A model generated the notes under the pieces. It ran no database searches and was not told the origin of the DNA. It was given only the letters and a program-made list of their open reading frames with translations. The position numbers and the translations under genes are program-made. A stretch of DNA of 63,982 nt, the filler included, from Reticulomyxa filosa (Eukaryota > Protista > Foraminifera), in assembly GCA_000512085.1 (NCBI GenBank). It is 17 parts of 17 records of this genome, joined end to end, with 100 filler letters (N's around TTAATTAATTAA, not from the genome) between each part and the next. Parts side by side here need not be neighbours in the genome. Positions count along the whole stretch, not along the records: positions 48,332 to 60,165 come from ASPP01000317.1; positions 60,266 to 61,303 come from ASPP01007904.1; positions 61,404 to 62,692 come from ASPP01022634.1; positions 62,793 to 63,982 come from ASPP01004308.1; 13 more parts are not named here. One strand, given 5' to 3'. Below, one piece after another: positions 51,600 through 63,982 of the stretch; position 1 is the stretch's first letter, and every line of letters begins with the position of its first letter.

Positions 51600-52665
51600 A
51601 TAATTGACACGAAGTTATTCTGTTTCTTGAAGACAAGCTGTGGCCTTGAAGCACGATGCCATGGTAGTGTGTGTGATTACGTGATTTCGCACATTGAATT
51701 GGTTTGATTAGCAGGTGGAACGGAAGGAGCTGGATCGATGGTTTCGATTCATGGGAGTTGTTCAAGTGGTTGGATTGGCAGGTCAAGTGATGGATTTAGC
51801 TTCGGTGCAGGTGAAATCGATTCAAACGCATGGACTTTGCTGATGCCAAGTGTCGGCTGCAATTGGATGTGAACAGCGTCGCAATGGCCATGGTTTTGCA
51901 ATGTTTCTTTGACAACATATAAGTTTGGTATATCCTTGGATGCAGGGATGTGTCTTTCGGGTGATTGTTTTTCACCTGATTGCGTTGTATGTATTGGACA
52001 TTTTGTCTCTGGAGTTGTTTCTGGTGCATTTCATTTTACATGTGTTTTGATGTGTGCTGGTGATTTGCCGGTGATGTGCTTAGTGTTATTGATCACTTCG
52101 ATGCGTTGTTGTTGGTCTAATATTTTTGACTGCAATAATTATTGTTATCTACAACTGATAAATATGAATGGTGCGACATGGAATTGCAGCATTTGCGTAA
52201 GGCGGTTCAGTCGGTACGTAACAGGAGATTGATCTGGATGATGTCTATACATTCACGAATTTTGTAGTCATATTATCTCGACAACTCCTGATGGCTGTTG
52301 ATAAGATTGGTCATGATTTGATAATTTACCTTGGATATCTGCATTGAGTGGCGTAATAATAGCACCATTATTTGTTAGTGTCACATATTCATTAAGGCTA
52401 CATTCTTTGGTATAATATTTTATAAAATTTGACTTGTAGTCGATATCACCGATTGGCACGTTCAATATTAAAGTGTTAAATGTATAGTAATTTGGCACTG
52501 ACTCGAAAGGGTGTGGTGGAGCGATATTTTGGTCGGCAATCCATTCGCTTTTGTTCTAGTTAATGGATATGCCGTGAGTTTGATTGAGGCTGGATAATGA
52601 TATTAATGCGATGAAAATTGATTTGTAGCTAGAAGAAGCTATTGTGATGTTGTCGTGCTTAATAA
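51600..52665 (-). mobile_element. Degraded non-LTR retroelement (RT motifs 5-7 and downstream region), possibly CRE-like
   Basis: HDNITIASSS..GISIN*NKSEW..LILNVPIGDIDYKSNF resembles Y.DD..I / GL.IN..K / LG.PIG...F; strong strand asymmetry (A/C-rich on the minus strand). Confidence 0.45.
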
Positions 52666-53305
52666 ATCATTTGAGCTTATTGTTGTATCAATTTTCATAA
52701 CTACTTAATTTTTTTCAATTTTTGATTAACAAATGAATAAGATTTTTTTTTTGTTTTATCATTTTTTCTACTATTTCATCAAATCTTTTATTCTAGTGTT
52801 TTTTTTCTGTTATCAAGTAATTAATATAATTTTTTATTTTATCGAAAATTTTGTTCAATTGTAATTGTTCATTCGGTTTTAATATAACAGTTGAAATAAC
52901 TAATTGTAGTCATAACAATTTGAATATAATAGTCATTGTGAGAAAATAAAATTTAGTTTCATTTATTCTATTATTTGTCGAATCCTTAAAATTAATTTTA
53001 TTTTTATATGTACATAATATATAATACAATTAAATTTTTTCTTTATTAATTGCAGAAAATCAAATTGAACATTCAAGAATATAGTTTTTGAAATACTTAA
53101 AATCTAATTATTATGATATAGAAAAGTGAAATTGAGTAAAAATAATATATTTTGTAATTATTTGCAAATTGTTGAATTTGTGATAATTGAATATGTAGTA
53201 TCATGATGAAAAGCATTTTCCACAATTAATGCACTTTGAGTTTTCTTTAGATAAATAATGAAATCTTTGCATTGCTTGTTTGATATTAAGTTCTTTATTT
53301 CTTAA

Positions 53306-53525
53306 GCTTATGAATCCTTAATTTCGCTTTTATCTAGTTATGCAAATTATGTAGCAAATGATTTCAAGTATTCTATAAATTATACACTATAAATATAACT
53401 ATTTTTACTAAAGGAAAAAAATATTTGATCATATATTATCTGAATCCTAACATAAAAGTTTTTAAGGATCTGTATGCAATTTGTTATGCGACTTATAATT
53501 TTGACAATTACAATTAACAAATTAT
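53306..53525 (+). repeat. Dispersed AT-rich repeat, homologous to 20705-20990 (-)
   Basis: Collinear matching blocks; see partner feature. Confidence 0.7.
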
Positions 53526-54099
53526 TTATGCAACAAATACTTTGCCTGAACAAAGTTAATAATATGCATTATGACATAGCAATAGATTAATATTCAGCAT
53601 TATATCAAGTTGATGTTTATATCAAACTGATTATTAATTAACAAAAAAAATGAAAAAATAACAATAATATATATGTTATATGTACATTCATTTCGTTTAT
53701 ACATGCACATATCAAAAAAAATATAAAAAAAAAATAGCATAACATTCTCTTGGCTCAAGCAAAAGTATTTTCTAAATTACAGACAATATAATATATAAGT
53801 GACAAATCTTTAATGATAAAAATGATATACGTCATACGATATAATAAATAGAAACGCAAAAATCAAATATCACTACTGCCAGTCACATGAAGATATCTTA
53901 CACAAAAACTGAATATAGCATCAATGTTCTTTGAGTAGATTATGTTTATAATATATTTTTAGTGTAATTTATGGTTTGCATTTTATGATATAAAAAAAAA
54001 ATTTTTCCAACAAAGTTAAATCATTTTTTTCATTTAAGATATTCAATTAACTATATAATGTTTCAAATTTTTCTTTAATAGCTTCACATTATTTGATTG

Positions 54100-54540
54100 G
54101 TTCTTCCGTGAAGACAACCTTTCTCCTTTTTCTGAACGGATGGCATGTCAATCTTTGTGTTATGTTCGTTAATGTATTTTGTAAGGAGCTACGTACGTAC
54201 AATTCAATTCAAATATATATCTCTTTATGCTCAATCCAAGTATTAAAGTCTTGGTCGATTTTGGAATAATATTCCCACTTTTATAAGTCATTGGAAATGT
54301 ATACTTCATTTCATATCTTGCCCTCCAAAAGATAATAAGCTCATAATTGTTTGGGAATTTGGTAATTTTATAACACAATGTCCATCAAGGATAACATAAT
54401 CAGGATACAAGTAAATGTACTTATATATTTTTCCCTTAGAAGAATAATATGCATTGTTTTTACAACCCCCACAAATGAGCAGTTCATATTCGAAAAAGAC
54501 AAATTGAGTATCTATATCGAACTGGTAGTTTAATAGTATC
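54100..54540 (-). pseudogene. Kelch-family relic (N-terminal blades)
   Basis: YELLICGGCKNNAYYS..YLYPDYVILDGHCVIK..TLVMKY-like fragments. Confidence 0.7.
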
Positions 54541-55079
54541 AGATATTATTGTGAATGTGACAGAATGATCTTTTTTTTTTAATTTTAAATGAAAAATAAT
54601 ACTATTATGGGAAATATTTGCCATTGATAAGTGAAATCACAAAGGTTGGCCTGGCCAAAACGAGAACAGATTAAGTATCAATGTGATCAATTAGTGTTTG
54701 ACGAAGAAACATTTTTGAATTAATTTGAAATTGCCTTTTCTCTTTATTTTTATTTGGTTAATCAAGACTAAAACAAAAAAAATCGTCACAAAAAAATTCA
54801 ATTTCGAAAATATCATCACAATTCATTTCATATATTTTCATTTTATCGTCAAATTTTTTAAGTTTTGTTTAAACTATTCTTAGCATTTTTATGTAGTATA
54901 CTTGATCCTTCTCCTTTTTATGCGGAGGGAGTGGCGTTTCATTGATCATAATCATTTGCTCGTCTTGTAATCAGATATATCCATACAATTCGGCGATTTT
55001 CGCTAATTCTATTGTTTTATATAGTACGCTTAAATCTATAATGTAATGTAAGTTTTTATCATAATCATTTTCATAACCA

Positions 55080-55960
55080 ATTATATGAATTTGTGTACCA
55101 CGATCGTTCAAAATTGATGATGAATATAAGTCCAGTGGCATTTTAAATTTACATTTTCCATGAATGATTTTTCATTGACTACTTATTCACAAAGCTTCAT
55201 CTTCCTTGATCAGTTACATTTCTTCATCCAAATAAAAATATGCAATCATAAAGGCTCACAAATGAATAGAAAGGAATACTCAAATTATGGCATTCGCATA
55301 TGTTTACATAAAAAAATGTATTTGTTTTTTCATTATATTCTATGAAAAGTATTACTTAGTCACAAATTAAAATTAATTGATCTTGCACTTTGTATTGTTT
55401 ATTGTTAAATAAGTAAAGAAATGAAAACTAAATGAATAGTTCTTTTTTTGCAATTTTGCTATCTTTGATTGTAGTCATAGTTTTCAAATCGACAATTTTA
55501 ATATTGTGTGGAGGATGAGTAATAAATAATAAATTAATATCTTTTCCACCAATTAATCCTTTTGAATCCTTTAAATTTTCGTTGAATTGACCAATGTTTT
55601 GATTATCAGTATATTTAACCCAAATATTAAAATTTTCATCTGTTTTGGGTTCAGTGTAGTTCCACACTTTTATATTTCATTAAAAATACACATTTTGTTG
55701 TATGCTATCTATTCTTCCAAAGGATAACAGATTTAATTCATTGCACTTGTTCAATTTCACTTTTTTCTAATTATGATAATTATATTATCAAATTTTCAAA
55801 TTTGGTTTCCTGCAAATAATAAGAAAAAATTTAATTATATAATATAAATAAAATTTCTAAGGATTCGAAATAATAGAATATATAAATCCTGAATTTTATT
55901 TTCTCAAAATGACTCCAATATACAAATTGTTATGACTACAAGTGATAATTGTAATTAATT
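55080..55960 (-). pseudogene. Kelch-family relic
   Basis: VWN..FNIWVKYTD..GLIGGKDINLLFITHPPHNIKIVDLKT..IHIIG-like fragments, homologous to the Kelch genes above. Confidence 0.6.
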
Positions 55961-58900
55961 GATATAAAAAAAAAATAAACTCAAGCATATTTGACATTTT
56001 TCATAATACAAAAAAAGTTAACTAAAATTGCACTTTAAAAATAATCAATTTTTTTCATGAAGAAACAATATATAACATAAAAAACACATGAAGTATGTTA
56101 TAATAATTCAATAACGAAAGAATAATTATTTTAAGTTAAATAATTTAAATCTCAATGTATAAATCCATCAAAACTCAAAGTCAAAAAGTAAAACAATATG
56201 ACAAGCATTATCGTTCTAATGTGAAAAGACAAGCAACAAGAGTATTGCAAAGCAATTCTAAAAATCAGATCAAGTTTTTTGTTTTCTGTTTATTTTTTTT
56301 GAAGTTGATTTTCAACTTTTGTTATGCGTTTCGTTAAATCATCGATTTTTCTGTCAATATTTTGGAGTAACTGTAAAATTTCATAGATTTTGTTTGTATT
56401 GGACTTGTCGATTGATATTTCTTCAGATGTGTTTTTTCAACTGGTTTTTCTTCATCTAGTATTCATTCACCTTTATCCAATCGAATCTTTTTGGTGGTAT
56501 CATTTAGTGTGTATTATCATCTGCAATATCTTTTTTTTTTTGTTCTTTTAGTTGATTCTTTTTTAAAAATAAAATTTCTACGTTATTATTTTTTTGCTTA
56601 GAAATTTGTTTGAACAAATTTTGAGTCAAATTTGATTGAAACTTTAAAATTCCTTTAAATCTTGTCGTAACAAATGATATAAAAACTTTTAGTTTTTATT
56701 TTTTTTTTTGTCTAAAAATATGGACTACAGCCAAGATCATCCCCAAGACATATCAACATACTTTTCTATAGCGTAGTGTAAGCACTCAAACCAGTTCAAG
56801 AGTTGGTTCAAATCGCTCAAGTTCATCACCAAAGGCAAAAAGTCTAACGATTTTATCGTCGACTCTTTGCAAGTCCACAATTACGTCACTATGTTCAGCT
56901 AGTCGAATAGCTAAAATAATCAAAAGATGTTTGTTTTGGGCATCAAAATACCTTTTGTAATAACATAAACATTAGAGTTTTTTAAAAAAAAAGTGTAGAA
57001 GAATTTTTTGCAAGATATACTATTATATTTTGTTTTTTGTCATTAAATTTTTGTCTAATATTTATGTTATATATTATGTCTTGTTTTTATTCATTTGTCA
57101 CTACAATAGCAAATAAAGTTTATAAGTACATACATTATGTGTATCTAGACTTGACTTTATTTTATGTGCATCCTCGAGCAGATAGTACAAGTCCTTCTTT
57201 GTTGTCTTTGCCCACTAGTGTCATAAAATAATGGTATAGTCATCAATTAATGATAGTCATTATTTTATAATAAAGTATTTAAAATAATACTGTTATATCA
57301 ATACATATAAAGACTAAAGATAGAAGCAATAAAGAAATCTTTTTTTAATTATGTAAGTCACAATATTTCTTTTGCAAAAACGATTTTATTGGTTTATAGA
57401 AACTGTCATTTTTTAAAGAAATACGCTTTGTGCAATCGAAATTAAATATTACTTGTAATAAAATACTTAATTTTTATTAGTTTTTATGAAATCAAATGCA
57501 ACGATATGTAGTAACATATGCTGTGTTAATAATGATAATCATTATCGGAATAAATGTAAAAATAATTTCTTACAAATAAATTTAAATTAAAAAATAAATC
57601 CAATAAGTTTAAAAAAAGAGTTAAAAATGTACAAAAATCACAAAAAAAGTTATACAAGCCAATTACGAAATTATCAAAAGAAGACAAAACAGTATCAATA
57701 TATGCATAAACGAAGATATATCTATTGAGCGAATGAGAATATTGTATTGTACAAATTAGCAAACGCAAAGGCAGCTTTGTGCAGTAATGAAAAATTTTGA
57801 TGCTAATATATTGCTACATTATTGAAATTAAAGAACAAATTAACAATTATATTAAACATCGTAAAATAGATCAAATATTTTTAATAATCTAATCGATACT
57901 TATGACAACAACATCAGATTTAAGACTTATAAGTCACTGTTAACAAAAAATGAATTCAATCAATGCAGTTCTGAGTTTCTGATTATACTAATTAGTAATA
58001 TCAATTTGTACACAGATCATTAAAAATACTTTTCTTTTATGCAAAAATAAAACTCAGGATCCAGGCAAAACCAATTTATCGAATCCTTAAAATCAATTTT
58101 TACATTTGTGAAATAATTAGATAAAAGCAAAATTGATTATAAAAAAATTAATGTCTTTTTTTAAAAGTAATGTGTTTAAATCAACTAATTAGATAAAATT
58201 TTTTTGAAAATAGTATTCTTATTTCTTTCATTTGAGTCAATAATCTAGTTTTATGTGAAAATAATATAAATTAAATGAGAAAGCAAAAACTATTTTTTAA
58301 AAAAGATTCTATCAAATATGTATTGTATATGCGCGACAAGTGGCTGTGTAGACTTTCGTACTGCATTTTGTCTTCACATACAATTTCGAAACAATAAAAG
58401 TATGTTATTAATTCGTATGAAGCAATACAACGCGTAAATTAAAAAAAATCAAAGAAATGCAAAAATATCTGAATAGTGAACAAATTCATACAGATTATCT
58501 AAAATAAGATAATGTCAATGAAAATGACTAGCAGCATCATATTGCGCTTGCAAATTCTGACTATGTTTTGAATGCAAATGAGCATACAAGCGCTGATAAT
58601 GTTTTGAACGCATAAAGACTACTATTATTCAATATTTGTATCAGCTACTTTATTCAAACTTTGTAGTTGTACAAGTGTCCAATCTTTCTTTTCATTCTTT
58701 GCAATGTAAAAATAAAATTTCTTATTTTATTGTCAAATGATTTTAATTGCACTTGTTTGAGCTTAGATTCAAAACAGAAGAAATCAAATTCTTTTTATTG
58801 TATTTTTTGAAGATACTCCAATTAAAAAAATAATTCTATTGAACACATTACTTTTTATTTTATGTATGCACATAGTCTTTTGCAAAACGATCGTTTGTTC

Positions 58901-60122
58901 TATTCTGGATAAAAACAATTTATTAATAAAAGTTATATTTGAATGTTACATTATGTAATTTGTAATGTATTATTTTATGATAAATTGTACGTGTTAAAAT
59001 AAAACAACATAATTGACGTTCAACCCAAAGAAAACATAAAAATCTTTCAATAAACATTGTTATCATTCATATTAGTTTGTTGAATATTATTTAATTGATA
59101 AAAAAAACCAGCGCAAGTCAAACAACAACAAATAGCGTTTAACAGATGGAAAAGACAGAGGCAAAATTTAGAAAAGAGAATGACAATCCATAATATTAAA
59201 GTTTCAAAAACGGTTCGAAAATAGTTACTTTTATTTTTTTTCGTTAGCATTATCATTATCTTTAATTAACTCTGTGATACATTCGATGTGAAAACGATGT
59301 CCACAAGGAGTACAAATATTAGGGAAATGTGACAATACTTCCAAACCAACAGGGCATTTATCTGCATTGTCAATTGTTTCTCGTTTGCTTTTTTGTTGCC
59401 TGGACATAAAAAAAGAGAAAAATAGTTACAGAAGTTAGTGTTGTTGAATAAAAAAGCAGAATTTTTTATATCGAAAAATTCCATAATGAAACATTTTTTG
59501 AAAGATATTTTAAAAATCAATTTATACAGACCCATGATTGTATATAAAAATTTAATCTAGATTCCAAAAATTTTAGATGCAGAATTTTTTTAAGAAATTA
59601 TTTCAAGAGCAAAAGCGCAAATTTTTATTTGACAAGGCGCTTCTCAAAATGATACTTAATTGGAAAATGAAAAAATGCGAAAGTGCAAAAAACCTTTTAC
59701 AAAAAGTTTCTCAAAAAATTAATTTTCATCGCTCGTAGAAGGTGTATGAGCATTACGAGAAAGGTATGCTCTTGTGACAGGTAAATTCGGACGTTGTTTC
59801 TTTCTTGGCGGGATAGTTTCAATATCTGAATCATTAATACGATTGACATTATCCTCGAAGCTTACTCTGTTTCATTTCGTCGGAGTACCGTTAGCTCTTC
59901 TCACAGGTTTCTTTCCTTTTTTCGACGTCTTGTCTAATTCTTTCACATTTTCATTTTTCACTTAAGAAACATCAAAGATATCAAATTTATTTCGCTCCTT
60001 AGTCATACTTGTCAATATTTCTATAGCTTTTTCACCATGTTTTTCGGCAAATAATAGTTAATGTTATACGTTTCCGCAATCCGGCCCATCGCACCAAATG
60101 TTTTTTCTTTCACCAACTAATC

Positions 60123-60165
60123 TACAGTAGATTGCAAAAAAACTGCCATACCTAAATGGCACTAT
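60123..60165 (+). mobile_element. Start of TACAGTAG TIR at a contig end
   Basis: TACAGTAGATTGCAAAAAAACTGCCATACCTAAATGGCAC matches the reverse complement of 19070-19112. Confidence 0.65.
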
Positions 60166-60284
60166 NNNNNNNNNNNNNNNNNNNNNNNNNNNNNNNNNNN
60201 NNNNNNNNNTTAATTAATTAANNNNNNNNNNNNNNNNNNNNNNNNNNNNNNNNNNNNNNNNNNNNAAAAAAAAAAAAAAGAGCT

Positions 60285-61303
60285 GTTTTTTAACTATAAC
60301 AATGGGAACATCAACGGAAAAATTGAAGTTACAATAAGGATACAACTCTGCACACTGTGCAAAGTGTTGTTCAAACTGCCTCTTTATTTGAACTTTTTGA
60401 TCTTCTCCATGGGTGATATTTCCAAGCAGTAAGTTCAACACAATCAATGCATCGCATCTTCTTTGCGAAATGAAGTCCGTTCGAATGCCATGGAATGAAG
60501 GTTCATTTGTATGCGAAACATCCAACTTCTTGTCTTCATATAAATAGATTTCCTCGTGGGTTTTCCATTCGAAGACATGACAATCAGGATCAAACACACC
60601 CAGGGCCTGCAAGTCATTCTCATTCTTTGCTTTCATAACAACAACATCATCTCCTTCTTCTTCTTCTTCTTGCTCATTCTTGTTTGCTACGTAAAAAGAC
60701 TTTTTCACATTGGCTGTCTCAAATAAATCGTCAAAAAAAAGTTTTGCAAATTCATTTCTGCTGTCTACATTCCCTTGTCTCACGGATACTACGTTCCATA
60801 CTCCAACTTTTAATATATACATATGTATACGTATTTTACGTATAATACAATCTTTAATGTATATATATATATATATAATGTGTAACTGGTATGTAATATA
60901 TCAGGGAGCGTTTCTGTATTTGCACAGAGTGAAATAAATTAGTTTAGGAAATTGCTTGAGTGACGCAAGTGCATGTTGGATATCCTTATCGGTGACTAGA
61001 AGGAGCCCACCAAAGCCATCTTCCACCCACATGTGCTCTTTGTCCTTCCAAGGAGTATGGATCACCACCACGTCGCTTATTCTGCAAAAATGCCGCAATG
61101 ACTGCAGCGTCAACACCACGCTCTGAACTTGTGCTCGATTGCAGAACTTTGTTAGTATGGATTTCATTACAAAGTTGCTATCGTCGTTCATGTCACATAT
61201 TCGCGTGATTGGATTGCTGGTCAATATCGTCATCTTTTCTAGCTTTTTTTCATCATTTTTCATTTGTTCTTTACTACATGAAGCAATAATTTGCTTCTGC
61301 TTC
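60285..61303 (-). CDS. Internal exons of an unidentified protein
   Basis: Two coding-like minus-strand ORFs separated by a TA-rich intron near 60810-60940. Confidence 0.55.
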
Positions 61304-62814
61304 NNNNNNNNNNNNNNNNNNNNNNNNNNNNNNNNNNNNNNNNNNNNTTAATTAATTAANNNNNNNNNNNNNNNNNNNNNNNNNNNNNNNNNNNNNNNNN
61401 NNNCTCCTTCCTCTTCCTCTTCCTCTTCTCCTTCCCTTGTTCACACCACTGCCAATTTTCATACTCATTCTGGACAACACCTTCACAAACACATCTTTCG
61501 GGCAATGATATAAAAATAGTCTTTTCTAAATTTATTTATTCACAATTAAAGTACTTTTTTTACTAACTCCAATTCTCTTTGAGCAAACTGGATTGTACGT
61601 GTATGTTTTGGCTCTCTTTGCTTCTTTTTTGGTGGATTTTGCAATCTAATGTTTCCTTTTTGTACAAAATTCTGGTTCGGAAACTTCGTTTTATCTTTTT
61701 TACAACTCATCCCTTCCAAGGCTTAGTGAAAAGAAATTTTTCTTGTGTCGTCCCATTGCCATTCACTCCAACATTGGTCTTTTTGAAGCTTTAGATACTT
61801 GTATGGCATATTTAAACACAATAATTCTGGAAACAGCCATTTTTAAAATTCGGTGTTAAGCTAGTTTTGTGTCATTTTTTCTGGGCATGAATAGAAATAT
61901 TTGGAATGTTCATTAAACAAAATAATCAAGTGAGTCAATTGCCAAATAGGAAAAACAATTAGTTGAAGCGTGCCTTTGTTCAATTTTATCCAGTGTTCCA
62001 AGAAAAATTGTATTAATTTGCCCGAGATTTTTTGCAAAAAAAAACCAAACTGGGGTTTTTAAGCGAGTTAAAAAATTCCCTATTGTCAATGGCCAATCAA
62101 CTGCAACAACTTCAAGAAAAGTTTGCTACTGTTGAAAAAGAGACTATTTCGAAGGTATGGAAAATTTGTAAAGAGAATTTCGACAAAGCAGCTAAGATGT
62201 TGGACCTCGCAAAGAGGTCAAGTTAAGCGGCCCATACACTAACCTAGGATGTAATTTACTTATTTTTGTTTGGTGACATTCATGACACCTCAATTACAGT
62301 ACAACTTCTGAAGGTCGAAAATATTTTATGGAGTTATCGAAGCAATATTCTTATGAAATTGAAAAAGCAAAGTTTTTAGAAGCATCAAAGAACTCTAATC
62401 AAATTTTTGATGATACATTTACTGAATTAAACAATGCCTATTCCGCTCGCGATTTGAATAGATTAAAAGTCGATGAACACACATTACATACAAAAATTGA
62501 AAAACAAGATAAAGATAAATTGAAAATGACACGAGAAAAATTAATAGAGATTTGTGCAACTTCCAACTTAAATGAGTTAAGTGTAAATAAAATATAAAAT
62601 GTAGACTATAAAGAAAAGATAAAATAAATAAAATTTGTAAAATAATAGGTTGAAGAAAGAGATCATTTCAGATGTATTGTAAAAGGCTTGATNNNNNNNN
62701 NNNNNNNNNNNNNNNNNNNNNNNNNNNNNNNNNNNNTTAATTAATTAANNNNNNNNNNNNNNNNNNNNNNNNNNNNNNNNNNNNNNNNNNNNAAAAAAAA
62801 GTTATTAAAAAATC

Positions 62815-62956
62815 AATATCATATTTAAAAACTACAAGACTTGTAGATATTTTTTAAAAAAAAAATTAGGTCTAAATGTTGATTTTTCATTGAGAAAATC
62901 AATTATCATCATAAGATATCGTTTTAGGCGTTCAGTTTTCTTTGCAACCTACTGTA
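62815..62956 (-). mobile_element. TACAGTAG-family TIR copy
   Basis: Aligns over about 140 bp with 18975-19112 and ends CTACTG-TA. Confidence 0.7.
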
Positions 62957-63029
62957 GGATGCATCTAAAAAATTAATGAATGAAATAATAACTTTAAAAC
63001 AAAAAAGGTTATGTTTTGTTTCCTTTTTT

Positions 63030-63430
63030 TTATTTAAAATAAACGACAACAAAGACAGAAATTGATGAAACGTTATTTATCTTTTGAAGACTGACGATGA
63101 AGCCCAACAAATGAACTTTATGAATTATTTTCCAAAAGTTGTATACTTTGGAAAAAAAAGTATTTTTTTTTTCTTCTTTGTAATTATCTGTGAAAGGAGC
63201 CCATAGATCATAATTCATTTGATTTTACATATTTAATCACCAATATATGTCTTTTTGTATATAGAGATCCACCAAAAGGCAACAAAGTGATTTGGTTGCT
63301 TTGTCTGTTGATTACAATATTGATTGTATCACACAATGGCATGATTACTATTTTCAAAAATCAGATTGTTTTTAATAATGGAAAGGACTTGTCGTTCTCC
63401 TTTTTATGTTGTTTCATAAAAAAATGCATT
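63030..63430 (-). pseudogene. Kelch-family relic
   Basis: SNQITLLPFGGSLYTKRH..MNYDLWAPFTDNY, matching SNQITLLSFGGSKYTKRH..YNQWVPFTDNH of the 33 kb Kelch gene. Confidence 0.7.
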
Positions 63431-63982
63431 GTAAAGAAAGAAAATGTTACTTTAACTCTGCATCAAGTTTATTGACTAGTTCTTGGAAAAGAAGAAGTAT
63501 TTTGTATTTTATTTGAATCACTAAATAATAAGTATATCTTCACTTCCATCTTTCCACAGAAACAAAAAAGACACTCATTCAACTCTTAATTTTGCTTTTT
63601 TCATTTTTCAAAGGCTATTCACACACCTATTTTTTTTAGAGAAAAGTTAAAACTGCTTAACATTAACAGCATGGATATCGAATTACAACACAAAAATCTC
63701 ATAAAAGACAAACTTTGATACACTTTCAAAGTTTGATAGACAACAAAGAAAGCAATAAATGCATTTTGATGTCTATTGGGGATACGATAAACATTAATGA
63801 TAAAATATGTTAACAACAATAAAAAATAAAACATAACATAATGAATCTTTTCATATGCAATCACAATAATCAAATTTGTACCAAAAAATGATGACAAAAA
63901 TCAAAAAAAATAATTCCATTCAAGTTCGAAAACCATCCAATTGTGATGATACAATAATTAAGCACTCCAATTTTAAAAAAAA

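Noticed and set aside
61404-62692. Short helical ORFs (62032-62226, 62328-62597)
   Set aside because: Fragmented and unassignable; cannot support a product call.
1-63982. CRISPR arrays, rRNA, tRNA, telomeric repeats, prokaryotic defence operons
   Set aside because: None seen by eye; the only bacterial segment is 1.16 kb with two partial genes.

Overview
This window is not a continuous locus. It is 17 unrelated contigs joined by 16 artificial 100-nt linkers (N44-TTAATTAATTAA-N44). Sixteen contigs are very AT-rich eukaryotic DNA with short GT-AG introns rich in TA and homopolymer runs. Three features point to a foraminiferan, most likely Reticulomyxa filosa: a divergent alpha2-type tubulin, a polyubiquitin relic with a Gly-Ala-Met junction, and expanded Kelch and WD40 families (inference, no database search run). 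Recognisable genes or fragments: two 7TM-like membrane proteins, Kelch and WD40 propellers, an AIG1/GIMAP-type GTPase, a TBC Rab-GAP, an SLC12 cation-chloride cotransporter, a large PX-domain protein, a degenerate G-alpha-like C-terminus, an acylated DH RhoGEF, an ADP-ribosylglycohydrolase and a VIT-domain protein. There are many pseudogenes (two ADP-ribosyltransferase-like copies, alpha-tubulin, polyubiquitin, CAP-Gly, Kelch, WD40). Mobile-element relics include two Tc1-type transposases (one demonstrably DD34E), a TACAGTAG-ended TIR/MITE family and a non-LTR reverse transcriptase. One 1.16 kb contig of about 50% GC is bacterial. The most interesting observation is a ~33-aa helical module (S-E-x-x-I-x-x-I-I-Q-x-W-I-R-x-L-K-I-K-L-G-W-I-x-D-F-x-K-I-I-x-x-Y) present six times as its own exon. 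It sits at the N-terminus of WD40 genes and the C-terminus of Kelch genes, and the two gene types twice sit head-to-head. This suggests a lineage-specific docking or adaptor system, possibly F-box/SOCS/LisH-like, with variable propeller receptors.
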